Counted from the first letter of the stretch, positions 35,729 through 45,104 are shown. The stretch is 64,000 nucleotides of DNA from Candidatus Aenigmatarchaeota archaeon (GCA_016932735.1 JAFGCI010000001.1:132183-196182); one strand, 5' to 3'. Notes: generated by a model not told the origin, from the sequence alone. Program-made: numbers and translations.

Positions 35729-37060
35729 ATGAGCTATGAAGACGTATTAAAGAGAGCCGAAAATGACGGGATAAAATTCATATATCTGCAGTTTACCGAT
35801 ATGTTCGGAACTGTAAAAAACGTGACCATTCCTGTCGAAAAGCTTCCTGAGGCGCTCGAAAGAGGTATATGGTTTGACGGATCCTCAATTGAGGGATTTG
35901 TAAGGATACATGAAAGCGACCTTTTCCTTAAGCCGGACACAGAGACTTACGCAGTCATCCCGTGGGAGGAAAGAGATGAGAAGACAGCAAGGTTCATTTG
36001 CGATGTTTTCAGGCCTGACGGAAAACCATTCGAAGGCGATCCAAGGCATATCCTGAAGAAAGCCGTCAGCGAGATTAACGGGATGGGACTGGAATATTAT
36101 GTAGGTCCGGAGCTGGAATTCTTCATATTCAGGAAAGAGAACGGAAACATAACCCCTGTAACTCATGACAAGGCAGGCTATTTTGACTTCTCCTCGGACT
36201 TAGCATCCAACATAAGAAAAGACATGACTCTTTGCATGGAGCAGATGGGAATATCTATAGAGGCGAGCCATCACGAGGTCGCATGGGGCCAGCATGAAAT
36301 AGACTTCAGATACGGGAAGGCCGTAGCAACCGCAGACAATGCAATAACATTCAAATTTATTGTAAAGGCAATCGCGGCCAAATATGGGCTTTACGCAACC
36401 TTTATGCCAAAGCCTATACAGGGAATAAACGGCTCCGGAATGCATGTGCATCAAAGCTTATTCAATATGAAGACAGAAAAGAATGTCTTTTTCGACAGCA
36501 AAGATCGCTACAAGCTCTCGGAGATGGCCTATTCATTCATAGCAGGGCAGATGCAACACATAAAGGGAATGTCAGCCATATTGTCGCCCACGGTAAATTC
36601 CTACAAGCGCCTCCTACCAGGTTATGAAGCCGCCTGCTATATATCATGGGCACAGATAAACAGGTCAGCACTGATAAGGATACCGAGATATTCTCCAGGG
36701 CGTGAGGACTCTACAAGATGCGAGTTGAGATGCCCTGACCCTTCATGCAATCCATATCTTGCCTTTGCAGTGATGCTGAAAGCAGGAATTGACGGCATAA
36801 AGAAGGGAATGAAGCCACCTGAGCCAGTCGAAGAGAACGTCTTTGATTTCGATGATTCAAAGCTTGCCGAAAGAAACATAGAGGTTCTGCCTTATTCGCT
36901 CATTGATGCGGTTAAAGAGATGAGAAAGAACGAAGTTGTAAAAGAAACGCTTGGCAATTACCTCTTTTCAAAATATATTGATGCCAAAATGGAGGAGTGG
37001 GACTCTTTCCGTATATCTGTCACGGACTGGGAGACGAAGAGGTATTTAGAAAAGACATAA
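35729..37060 (+). CDS. glnA: Glutamine synthetase (type I-like).
   Basis: 443 aa. Motifs: IKFIYLQFTDMFG, GPELEFF, NGSGMHVHQS, and the ATP-binding region KPIQGINGSGMH. Typical GS beta-grasp and catalytic domains are present. Confidence 0.92.
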   Translation: MSYEDVLKRAENDGIKFIYLQFTDMFGTVKNVTIPVEKLPEALERGIWFDGSSIEGFVRIHESDLFLKPDTETYAVIPWEERDEKTARFICDVFRPDGKPFEGDPRHILKKAVSEINGMGLEYYVGPELEFFIFRKENGNITPVTHDKAGYFDFSSDLASNIRKDMTLCMEQMGISIEASHHEVAWGQHEIDFRYGKAVATADNAITFKFIVKAIAAKYGLYATFMPKPIQGINGSGMHVHQSLFNMKTEKNVFFDSKDRYKLSEMAYSFIAGQMQHIKGMSAILSPTVNSYKRLLPGYEAACYISWAQINRSALIRIPRYSPGREDSTRCELRCPDPSCNPYLAFAVMLKAGIDGIKKGMKPPEPVEENVFDFDDSKLAERNIEVLPYSLIDAVKEMRKNEVVKETLGNYLFSKYIDAKMEEWDSFRISVTDWETKRYLEKT

Positions 37061-37078
37061 AATGCCCGATAATAATGC

Positions 37079-38068
37079 CTAATCCTTTTGTATCACAAAT
37101 TCAGGGAAGTAATTCCTCTTATAGACATGATATATGGGGATGCTTTCTATCTCCTTTATCAGGAGAGCGAACTTCTGCCTTATCTCGATTTCGATACGGC
37201 GAAGTTCAGCAGTGTTCTCTGCTTCGACATCAATCTCGAGGTTCCATTCTCCCAGAGTCTTCGTGATGAAAACCACATTATTGTGGAATCTGAGATATTC
37301 GATTAAGTTCTCCTCAGCCTCGGAAGAGACATTATGATAACTGATGGATATTTTTGCCGATTTGTAGCCTATTTTAGGAAGGTCTAAAAGAGGCTTAAAG
37401 CCAAGGATTATCCCGTTCTTCTCGAGCTTTCTTATCCTCTCTATAACGGATTTGGAAGAGATGCCGACAGCCTTTCCTATCCTTACAGAGTTCTTTCTTG
37501 CATCCTGTGAGAGCTCCTTTAGGATCCCGATGTCAATTTCATCAGGATTCTCAGGCTCCCTGTCGCCGCCGACGAATAGTTGGTCCTCCGGGTATCTCAC
37601 ATCAAACATATATTTCCTGCCAAAGTGCCTGCTTACAATGGTAGTCAGAACCATGTAATTCTGGAGCTGTGCAGGAAATTTCTCCATTATGCTTCTTAAA
37701 ATCTTGTTGAACTGTGAAGGGTTGTATGCAAAGAATGAGCAGAAGAGATCATATCTCCCTCCGCACGTTTCAATCTTTGCCGAATGCGGCTCTTTTATGA
37801 GGAAATCTATCAGCTCTTCAATCTTTTGCTCTTCGGCATAGCTCACCTTGAAATATACGCGGAAATTAAGGACATCAAGCTTTGCATAATCGATTAAGGT
37901 GTAGAAGTTCTGAATGATGCTCGCCTCAAGCATCGAATTGACTGTATAATGGACCCTTTGCTGACTCTGTCTTGTCTCTTTCCCTACCTTTGTGAATTTA
38001 GTTCTTGCATCGACGTCAAGAAATCTTAGAGTCGACCTTTCAATAGAGGTAAATTTTTTAGTTTTCAT
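37079..38068 (-). CDS. Tandem-duplicated Lrp/AsnC-like regulator (two HTH-RAM modules in one chain).
   Basis: 329 aa with two repeats of an HTH_AsnC-like segment plus a RAM-like segment (...RFLDVDARTKFTKVGKETRQSQQRVHYTV... and ...ILKELSQDARKNSVRIGKAVGISSKSVIERIRKLEKNGII...). It is convergent with glnA. Confidence 0.7.
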   Translation of the reverse strand: MKTKKFTSIERSTLRFLDVDARTKFTKVGKETRQSQQRVHYTVNSMLEASIIQNFYTLIDYAKLDVLNFRVYFKVSYAEEQKIEELIDFLIKEPHSAKIETCGGRYDLFCSFFAYNPSQFNKILRSIMEKFPAQLQNYMVLTTIVSRHFGRKYMFDVRYPEDQLFVGGDREPENPDEIDIGILKELSQDARKNSVRIGKAVGISSKSVIERIRKLEKNGIILGFKPLLDLPKIGYKSAKISISYHNVSSEAEENLIEYLRFHNNVVFITKTLGEWNLEIDVEAENTAELRRIEIEIRQKFALLIKEIESIPIYHVYKRNYFPEFVIQKD

Positions 38069-38170
38069 ATCAATTATTTTTTGTATATTTTACTTTAAAA
38101 ATATAAATATAGTCCTTTTTAAAAAAATTTTATTCATTATTAATAATAATTTACTTTTCAATTTAGGCAA

Positions 38171-39652
38171 ATGTCCAGAAGATTACCTTTTTCTGATTAT
38201 TCAAAAACGATTGCAGTACTAAGTTTCTGCAGGCCAAATGAACTCGATTATCTTTCTTCGGCTATTCCTGAAAATGTGAGAGAATATGGACATAATACAA
38301 AAGATTGGTCTCTTCTCGTTATAGACACCTCGCCTGAAGAATATAAACAGCAAAACCTCAGATCCCTTTCCGGCAAAGGAAAGGACATGGATATATTCTA
38401 TTTTGGCAGGGATAAATTCTCTGAATTGGCGGGAAGATATGGCGAACAGAATTTCAGAAGAATGTTTACAGGGCATGGCGCGGCCGATGCGAGAAACTTA
38501 GGATTTCTGATAACACCGGATAAAACGATGGTTACCCTTGATGATGATATGAGATTGACAAGTTCCGTGCTACATGAAAAGCAGCAACTTCCCGGACCGT
38601 CTTTCCTTTCAACAGGCAGGTTCATACTTCCTGAAAGATTCGGGAAGGAATCATACAAAAGCTCTTTTGATTTGGTGACTGCAACTACGTCTGCATTGGG
38701 AAAGAGAGTGAAAGAAATGGGCATTCCTGCCGAATTGCAGGGTATTGTTCTGGGAAACAGGGATGCTTCAATAGATGAATTAATGGGAGGAGATAATCCC
38801 ACTAACGGTTTTAACGGGAACGGACATGCCTACTGTTTTATACAGCCGGGCTACATAAATCCGGACAGCCGTGTACTAATGCAGGGCGTTTCTGCGATAA
38901 CAGGAAACACGGACTGTCATGCGACAGCGTCCATAAGAGGACTGGCAAAGGCATCAAATGAAAATGGCAATTTTGGTTATGGAAATATGTTTGTCCATTA
39001 CGCCGTCCATGACGGGAATCCTGGAAAGATCGCCGTTGCATCCAGATGGAAAGAATCGACATTGGCCGCTGCAGGAGTACTGAACGAGAGATGTGTACCC
39101 GTATTCTTGCTGAGCAGAAATGAAGACGCTGCGTACAGATATATAATAGGAGAGAACAATCCGGTTGCGATTTATAATATTGCCGTAGACCATAACAGGT
39201 CTCATGACGGAAGACCGCCGTTGTCTCTCATATATCTGAGGGAATATCTTGGCGCAAAGGTGTGCAAGAGGTTTCATGAAGCAATGAGACCCGACGGCAG
39301 CATTGATACCGGAAGAGTAGAACCTCTCCATGAAAGCGATAAAAAAAGCCTTTACAGGTCTGCAAAGGAAACAAGCGCAATACTTGATACTATTAGTAGC
39401 AACGGGAATGCTAATACCGAACTTGGAGCATATGCATCCAGACTTATAAAAGATATTGCTTCATTTATCGGCGTTCCAGAAACGGAAAGAAGAGATTTCT
39501 GGAATGCGGATACCTTCAAGGGAGCCGTATATAAAAAAGCAGACGAGTTCCTTGGGACAGTTATGAGTGATACAAGAGTATTGAACGATAACTGGGAGGG
39601 AATGGTTGCCGATATCAGGAAAAACGGCGTTCATGTCCAGAGAATTGAGTGA
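38171..39652 (+). CDS. GT-A-like glycosyltransferase domain protein with a large C-terminal domain of unknown function.
   Basis: The N-terminal TIAVLSFCRPNELDY...LLVIDTSPEE...GHGAADARNLGFLITPDKTMVTLDDDM follows the GT2 pattern (N.G.A.ARN.G...A.G.YI.FLDADD). The C-terminal 300 aa have no motif I recognise. Confidence 0.5.
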   Translation: MSRRLPFSDYSKTIAVLSFCRPNELDYLSSAIPENVREYGHNTKDWSLLVIDTSPEEYKQQNLRSLSGKGKDMDIFYFGRDKFSELAGRYGEQNFRRMFTGHGAADARNLGFLITPDKTMVTLDDDMRLTSSVLHEKQQLPGPSFLSTGRFILPERFGKESYKSSFDLVTATTSALGKRVKEMGIPAELQGIVLGNRDASIDELMGGDNPTNGFNGNGHAYCFIQPGYINPDSRVLMQGVSAITGNTDCHATASIRGLAKASNENGNFGYGNMFVHYAVHDGNPGKIAVASRWKESTLAAAGVLNERCVPVFLLSRNEDAAYRYIIGENNPVAIYNIAVDHNRSHDGRPPLSLIYLREYLGAKVCKRFHEAMRPDGSIDTGRVEPLHESDKKSLYRSAKETSAILDTISSNGNANTELGAYASRLIKDIASFIGVPETERRDFWNADTFKGAVYKKADEFLGTVMSDTRVLNDNWEGMVADIRKNGVHVQRIE

Positions 39653-39740
39653 TTTAGAACAGGAGAACTACAACCGGAGAAATGCAACTTGTTATTTACT
39701 TACAATATGGTAATAAATATTTAACTCAGAATAATATTCT

Positions 39741-41123
39741 ATGCAAAGACGTCACATGCATAGAAAAGATTATGGAATAGCCGGGTCAAACTTTGATTTT
39801 GAGGACATGGATCCGAAAAAGATTTACGAATTGTGGGTCGGAGACGTAAGATACTGCCCTATTAATCAGGGAGCAGTTTCTGCATTGCAAAAAGAATACA
39901 ACGGGAGGATAGTTGAGCCCATTTACGTTCTTACCAACAACCCTCCTTTATGGTTTTCTGAAGGGTTTAAGTATTTTGTCATCAATGACGAATTATCCGA
40001 AATCAGCAAAATACATCCTGACAAATCATTCTTTCTTGACGAGCATTACTCGGTAACAAACGCCCAGTTCAGAAACAGTCCCTTCGCCCGAAAACTTATG
40101 GAAAGGGCTCTAAGAAATCAGAAAATGATTTATGTTAATCCTTTCAGCCAAATAAATTTCGGAATTGATGACGGATATAGAATAAGGGCAATTTCCCCTT
40201 CAGAAGACCAGTTCTCTTATTGGCAGGATAAAGGCAATGTCCTGAAAACCTGCAGGAAACTGGGAATAAAAACGCCGGAAACGGATATGGCTGAGAATTT
40301 CGAGCATGCAGTGCATCTTTTTCGGGAAAAATACACTCAAGGCGCATTTGTCAAAAAGGCGGGATACAGCTCAGGCGGGTCCGGGAATTTTATTGTCCGC
40401 AGTGTAGAAGAGCTTTACAAAAGCCCCAAATTTAAAGGAGAACAAAGACTAGCCAGTTGTTGTTTTTTGGTATCGGAAATAGTGAATGGCATCATTTCAT
40501 GTCCTTCTATTACAGGAGTCATCGGAGATGAGCAGATATTCATTGCGTCCATTAACGATCAAATCATCAGAGAAAGCTCCGGCTTTTCAGGTTCAGTGCA
40601 TCCATCCGGATTGGGAAAACAAGTCGAAATGAAAATCCTTAAAATGGCTAAGCCAAAGTTAGAGGAAATGCAAAAAAGAGGATACAGGGGAATATTTAAT
40701 ACCGACTACATTATTAGAAATGGAAGAAATGGAGAAACCGTCTTAGACGGCCTTGATATTAATCCGAGAAAACCCGGATCCATTCTGGCTATATATTATA
40801 TGAACAAGCTTTACGGGGGCAAAGACATTCAGGAAATGGAGTTCAGGGCAGTTACAGGGAAGCCTCTTTTTTCTAGTTCATCAATTGAAGAAGCTATTTG
40901 CTATCAACCGATAGGGCTGGAATGGCAAATGAGCAACATTTATGGCGATTCTTCCACAGTAATCAGAAACGGAAGAAACGGTTCTGGTAAAATCAGAAGA
41001 GTTTTTGAAGGCGGAGGAAAGATAATACAGGAATTTGCACCTTTAGATGCCACGAATTTATCTGAAGGTGTATGGGGGCGAAGAATCAATGTGAAAACCG
41101 CTCAAAACGACCGTCACATTTAA
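39741..41123 (+). CDS. ATP-grasp superfamily ligase.
   Basis: QDKGNVLKTCRKLGIKTPET (pre-ATP-grasp), FVKKAGYSSGGSGNFIVRSVEEL (the K..G..G.G loop) and GIFNTDYIIRNGRNGETVLDGLDINPRKPGS (the C-terminal Mg site) follow ATP-grasp order. Confidence 0.55.
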   Translation: MQRRHMHRKDYGIAGSNFDFEDMDPKKIYELWVGDVRYCPINQGAVSALQKEYNGRIVEPIYVLTNNPPLWFSEGFKYFVINDELSEISKIHPDKSFFLDEHYSVTNAQFRNSPFARKLMERALRNQKMIYVNPFSQINFGIDDGYRIRAISPSEDQFSYWQDKGNVLKTCRKLGIKTPETDMAENFEHAVHLFREKYTQGAFVKKAGYSSGGSGNFIVRSVEELYKSPKFKGEQRLASCCFLVSEIVNGIISCPSITGVIGDEQIFIASINDQIIRESSGFSGSVHPSGLGKQVEMKILKMAKPKLEEMQKRGYRGIFNTDYIIRNGRNGETVLDGLDINPRKPGSILAIYYMNKLYGGKDIQEMEFRAVTGKPLFSSSSIEEAICYQPIGLEWQMSNIYGDSSTVIRNGRNGSGKIRRVFEGGGKIIQEFAPLDATNLSEGVWGRRINVKTAQNDRHI

Positions 41124-41275
41124 AAACACTACTCACTATAATAGGGTAATAGTTATTATATATGAAAATATAATAACTGGCAACCGCTTCATATGACGGC
41201 GCGAGCATCTGACCAAAAAGTTGATGCGCCCGATGCTTGTTTAGGTGTTTGCCATGGTAAATCATGATGGATAGA

Positions 41276-41292
41276 TATTGATTTATATATTC
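41276..41292 (+). promoter_or_regulatory. Candidate archaeal TATA box/BRE for the ribosomal-protein operon.
   Basis: tttatata at 41282..41289 lies about 33 nt upstream of the L4 ATG at 41322. An AT-rich, BRE-like purine run sits just upstream. Confidence 0.4.
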
Positions 41293-41321
41293 AATATCTC
41301 ATAATAGGGTAGCTGATCCAT

Positions 41322-42212
41322 ATGCAAGTCTCAGTATTCGATTTGAAAGGCGCAGAGAAGGGGAAGATTGAAGTCCCGAAGAAACTGTTAGCCCCGAAAA
41401 GGAAGGACATTGTTAAGAAAGCTTTCCTTGCTGAGAAGAGCGAGACACGACAGCCCTACGGGACCGACCCGGAGGCTGGACAGAGGTCATCCGCTTATTA
41501 TCATGGAAGAAGATCCAAAAGGAACAGCATGATGAACAGGGAAATGGCAAGAATGCCGAGAGTCATTAATATGGGCTTTCTGAACTTCAGGGCAAGAAAT
41601 GTGCCTCAGGCCGTAAAGGGCAGAAAAGCACATCCGCCCAAGGCCGAAAAGGTATGGACGCTCAAGATCAACAAGAAAGAATGGACATCCGCCCTTTATT
41701 CTGCCATGTCATTTACTTTTGATAAAAATGCTGTTTCTCTTCGTGGTCATGATGTTTCTTCATTGAAAAGCTATCCTCTTGTTCTTGATGATTCATTCCA
41801 GGAAATGAAAAAGACAAAGGAAGTTGTTGATGTCCTTAATGTTCTCGGCTTCGAAAAAGAATTGGAAAGATGCTCTGAGAAAAAAATAAGAGCGACAAAG
41901 GGCAAGATGAGGGGAAGGAAATACAAGGAGAAGAAAGGCCCTCTTATAATTGTTAATGAAGATAAAGGCATTGGAAATGCCAGCAAGAACATTCCGGGCG
42001 TCGATTTCAGGATGGCAGGAAAGCTTGATGTGATGTCCCTTGCTCCGGGAGCTCATCCTGGCAGGCTTGTAATATGGACGAAATCAGCTCTTGAGAGCTT
42101 TAATAAGACAAAAGAAGACAAGAAAGAGAAAGCAGTAAAAGTAAAAAAAGCAGTTTCTCCAAAGGCGGATGCTCCTAAAAAGAAGACGTCTGCTAAGGAG
42201 AAAGCTAAGTGA
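41322..42212 (+). CDS. rpl4: 50S ribosomal protein L4 (uL4) with a Lys-rich C-terminal tail.
   Basis: The N-terminus MQVSVFDLKGAEKGKIEVP... resembles archaeal L4 (MKVNVYSLDGKEVGEIELP). The C-terminal tail is KTKEDKKEKAVKVKKAVSPKADAPKKKTSAKEKAK. There is no L3 gene upstream. Confidence 0.8.
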   Translation: MQVSVFDLKGAEKGKIEVPKKLLAPKRKDIVKKAFLAEKSETRQPYGTDPEAGQRSSAYYHGRRSKRNSMMNREMARMPRVINMGFLNFRARNVPQAVKGRKAHPPKAEKVWTLKINKKEWTSALYSAMSFTFDKNAVSLRGHDVSSLKSYPLVLDDSFQEMKKTKEVVDVLNVLGFEKELERCSEKKIRATKGKMRGRKYKEKKGPLIIVNEDKGIGNASKNIPGVDFRMAGKLDVMSLAPGAHPGRLVIWTKSALESFNKTKEDKKEKAVKVKKAVSPKADAPKKKTSAKEKAK

Positions 42213-42547
42213 TTTTTATGGCTGAAGAAAAGAAACCAGAGGCTGAAAAGAAGGAAGCGAAGGCCGTGGAAAAAACAGCCAAATCAATAAGCCCATGGAA
42301 AATTCTTCAGTATCCGCATCTTACTGAAAAATCAATGAATATGGTCGAGATGGAAAACAAGCTGGTATTCATAGTTGACAGGAAATACAGGAAAAAGGAA
42401 ATTGCAGATGCAATAGAGAAGCAGTTCAATGTCAGGGTGACAGACCTTAAAACTGTCGTTATGACAAAGGGCCGGAAGAAGGCAATAGCGAAACTGGCTC
42501 CTGAAAATCTCGCTTCAGACATTGCATCCAAATTAGGAATGATGTAG
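42209..42547 (+). CDS. rpl23: 50S ribosomal protein L23 (uL23).
   Basis: 112 aa. ILQYPHLTEKSMNMVEMENKLVFIVDRKYRKKEIADAIEKQFNVRVTDLKT is an L23 signature. Confidence 0.85.
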   Translation: MIFMAEEKKPEAEKKEAKAVEKTAKSISPWKILQYPHLTEKSMNMVEMENKLVFIVDRKYRKKEIADAIEKQFNVRVTDLKTVVMTKGRKKAIAKLAPENLASDIASKLGMM

Positions 42548-42628
42548 ACTTTGGAAAGACAGCTAAGCGGTCATGTAAGAAATTCAAGTGAAAAAAGCGA
42601 GAATCGTTATAGATTACAGGGCGAATAT

Positions 42629-43300
42629 ATGGGTAAGAGAATCATACCACAGAGAAGAGGAAAAGGTTCCCTTACTTACAGGGTTCCTAACAAGTCTTCA
42701 AATGTCAGGGTAGAATACAGGCCATCAAGTGGCAGAGTTGTGGACATCCTTAGCGACCCTTTAAAGACTTCGCCTGTTGCAAAGGTAAGATATGATGATA
42801 ACAGCACCGGCTTCATCCTTGCTCCGCAGGGAATCAGAGTCGGAGAGGAAATCGGTAAATATGTGGTTCCATTATCTATGGTTCCCGAAGGAGCGACGAT
42901 TTTCGCTATCGAAACAGTCCCGAAATCCGGACCAAAGATATGCAGATCAGCAGGTTCATTCGCAATGCTTGTTTCAAAAGCAGGTGATGATTGCATAATC
43001 CAGTTGCCTTCAAGGAAGAAGAAGAAACTGAAAGGCGCATGCATGGTCACAATAGGCGTCCCGGCCGGCGAAGGCAGGATAGCAAAGCCATGGCTTAAAG
43101 CGGGAAAGAGATGGATTGTCCAGCACAAGAAAGGCAAGCTGTACCCAAGGACATCAGGAATAGCGATGAACGCCGTGGACCATCCATATGGATGCGGCTA
43201 CGGCGGTCTTGGAAAGCAGAAGACAGTATCGAGGCACACACCTCCCGGAAGGAAGGTCGGTTCAATAGCTGCAAGGAGAACAGGAAGGACTAAGAAATAA
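42629..43300 (+). CDS. rpl2: 50S ribosomal protein L2 (uL2).
   Basis: An in-frame ATG at 42629 gives MGKRIIPQRRGKGS..., the classic L2 start. The C-terminus GIAMNAVDHPYGCGYGGLGKQKTVSRHTPPGRKVG is the conserved L2 motif. The ORF-track start at 42551 is a non-homologous extension. Confidence 0.9.
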   Translation: MGKRIIPQRRGKGSLTYRVPNKSSNVRVEYRPSSGRVVDILSDPLKTSPVAKVRYDDNSTGFILAPQGIRVGEEIGKYVVPLSMVPEGATIFAIETVPKSGPKICRSAGSFAMLVSKAGDDCIIQLPSRKKKKLKGACMVTIGVPAGEGRIAKPWLKAGKRWIVQHKKGKLYPRTSGIAMNAVDHPYGCGYGGLGKQKTVSRHTPPGRKVGSIAARRTGRTKK

Positions 43301-43312
43301 GATAAAGGAAAG

Positions 43313-43705
43313 TTGATTGTTATGGTAAAGAAATTCATGTTCAGAGGAAAAGAATGGGAAGACATTTCCAAGATGGGAATAGAAGAGTATTCAAAAATTG
43401 TCACATCGAGAGAAAGAAGGACCCTCAAGAGAGGTCTTACAATCGTGCAGAAGAAGTTGCTTGAAAAGATAAAGGAAAAACCAAAGAAATTCCACAAGAC
43501 CCATTCAAGGGACATGGTAATACTTCCACAGATGGTAGGCGTAAAGATCGGTCTTTTTGACGGAAAGAAATATGAAACAATCGAAATAAAGCCTGAAATG
43601 ATTAACCACAGGCTCGGCGAATTCGCGCTTACGAGAAAACAGATAAAGCACTCATCGCCAGGATTTGGTGCTACAAAGTCAAGCAAGTTCGTTCCACTAA
43701 AGTAA
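43313..43705 (+). CDS. rps19: 30S ribosomal protein S19 (uS19).
   Basis: ...FMFRGKEWEDISKM...KKFHKTHSRDMVILPQMVGVKIGLFDGKKYETIEIKPEMINHRLGEF matches S19. Confidence 0.85.
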   Translation: MIVMVKKFMFRGKEWEDISKMGIEEYSKIVTSRERRTLKRGLTIVQKKLLEKIKEKPKKFHKTHSRDMVILPQMVGVKIGLFDGKKYETIEIKPEMINHRLGEFALTRKQIKHSSPGFGATKSSKFVPLK

Positions 43706-43715
43706 GGTAGATAAG

Positions 43716-44099
43716 ATGTTAAAATACGCATTAAACCTAAACCCAAAGAAGTCGGCAAGGGCATATGGCAGAGGTCTATCTATATCGCCAAAGCATTCCA
43801 AGATATTATGCGGGAAGTTAAGCGGCATGAATTTGCAGAAGGGGATAAAACTCCTTAACGGGCTCTCCACGGAAACGGTTTCCATTGACGGCAAACACTA
43901 TACGACAGCGGCATCGAACATACTTGATCTTGTCAGGTCTGCAGAAAAGAATGCAGAATTCAAGGGCCTCGATACAGAGAAGCTGGTGATAATGGCCTCT
44001 GCGCACGAGGCATTTTCCTTTTTCAGGCCAAGGAGAACTAAAATGAGAAGGCAACAGCGCAAATCAACAAATGTGCAGGTTGTCCTCAGGGTAAGCTAA
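43716..44099 (+). CDS. rpl22: 50S ribosomal protein L22 (uL22).
   Basis: 127 aa. KKSARAYGRGLSISPKHSKILCGKLSGMNLQKGIKLL matches the L22 N-terminal region. The C-terminus is basic. Confidence 0.8.
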   Translation: MLKYALNLNPKKSARAYGRGLSISPKHSKILCGKLSGMNLQKGIKLLNGLSTETVSIDGKHYTTAASNILDLVRSAEKNAEFKGLDTEKLVIMASAHEAFSFFRPRRTKMRRQQRKSTNVQVVLRVS

Positions 44100-44100
44100 G

Positions 44101-44886
44101 GTGATTGATATTTTACTGAACAGGCACTTCGTTAACCAGTCCATTAACGGGCTAAAGATGCAGGAATTCATAGAAGAGTATCTCAAGGGAGAGATATTCT
44201 CAGACATAGAACTGGAAAGAACGCCTCTTGGTCTCAGAATAATTATCAGTACAAGCAGGCCCGGAAGGATTATCGGGGCCGGCGGAAGGAAGATTAATGG
44301 TCTTGCTGATGAGATAAAAAGAAGATTCAATGTAGAGAACCCGCAGGTTGATGTCAAGACCATAAAGAACCCTGACATGGACGCAAGGCTTGTCGCAAAA
44401 CAGATAGCCTTTGCACTGGAGACAGGAAACAAGCACAAGAAAGTCGGAAACCTTTTCATGAAAAGGGTAATGGATGCAGGTGCATTGGGAGTCCAGATAG
44501 TCATCGGGGGGAAGCTTGGCGGAAGCAAGGGAAGGACCGATAAATTCGCAAGGGGATACATAAAGTACTGTGGCGACACTGCAAAGACTCTGGTAGATCA
44601 CGGATTTGCCGAAGCACTCACACGACCCGGAAAGATAGGCGTGCAGGTCAAAATAATGAAATATTTCATGGATACATTCGGAAACATCATGACAAAGAAG
44701 GACATAATGGACGCAAAAGCTGCAGCTATTCAGGAAGTTATCGAAGCCAAGAAAGAAACCGATTATGAAGAAGAAGCCGAAGATATTGATAATTTAGATG
44801 ACGAGATAGATGACGACGAAGAAAAACCAAAGAAAAGAAAAGTTGTTGTCCCAAAGAAAGAAAAAAAGAAACAAACTGAAAAGTGA
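44101..44886 (+). CDS. rps3: 30S ribosomal protein S3 (uS3) with an acidic and then basic C-terminal tail; GTG start.
   Basis: RHFVNQSINGLKMQEFIEEYL...ERTPLGLRIIISTSRPGRIIGAGGRKINGLADEI is the S3 N-domain plus KH. The C-terminus is ETDYEEEAEDIDNLDDEIDDDEEKPKKRKVVVPKKEKKKQTEK. Confidence 0.85.
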   Translation: MIDILLNRHFVNQSINGLKMQEFIEEYLKGEIFSDIELERTPLGLRIIISTSRPGRIIGAGGRKINGLADEIKRRFNVENPQVDVKTIKNPDMDARLVAKQIAFALETGNKHKKVGNLFMKRVMDAGALGVQIVIGGKLGGSKGRTDKFARGYIKYCGDTAKTLVDHGFAEALTRPGKIGVQVKIMKYFMDTFGNIMTKKDIMDAKAAAIQEVIEAKKETDYEEEAEDIDNLDDEIDDDEEKPKKRKVVVPKKEKKKQTEK

Positions 44887-45104
44887 TGATTATGGCAATC
44901 CTCAGAAAAAAAGAGATAAAGAACATGTCCGAAAAGGACATGGAGAAGAACATTAACGAATTCAAACTTGAGCTTGCTAAGGAGAAGGCAAACATAGCCA
45001 TAGGCGCTACGGTTACATCTCCGGGCAGGATCAGGGAAATCAGGAAGACAATAGCGAGGATTGAGACTGTTCTGACCCAAAGGAGGAACACGTCAAAAAC
45101 ATAA
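44883..45104 (+). CDS. rpl29: 50S ribosomal protein L29 (uL29).
   Basis: 73 aa. ILRKKEIKNMSEKDMEKNINEFKLEL...RKTIARIETVL is the L29 helix-hairpin pattern. Confidence 0.8.
   Translation: MMIMAILRKKEIKNMSEKDMEKNINEFKLELAKEKANIAIGATVTSPGRIREIRKTIARIETVLTQRRNTSKT

Noticed and set aside
37992-38222. 76-aa plus-strand ORF spanning the AT-rich promoter region upstream of the GT-A-like gene.
   Set aside because: Its translation is Ile/Asn/Phe-rich, caused by AT-rich intergenic DNA. It overlaps the end of the Lrp gene and the start of the next gene.
41131-41150. actcactataataggg resembling the phage T7 promoter core (cgactcactataggg).
   Set aside because: A 3 nt insertion breaks the T7 consensus, and there is no phage RNA polymerase context. 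It was treated as a coincidence and reported only as part of the 11-mer direct repeat.
42551-42628. Upstream extension of the L2 ORF (MERQLSGHVRNSSEKSENRYRLQGEY).
   Set aside because: It is not homologous to L2. The canonical MGKRIIPQRRGKG start is at 42629, right after the L23 stop.
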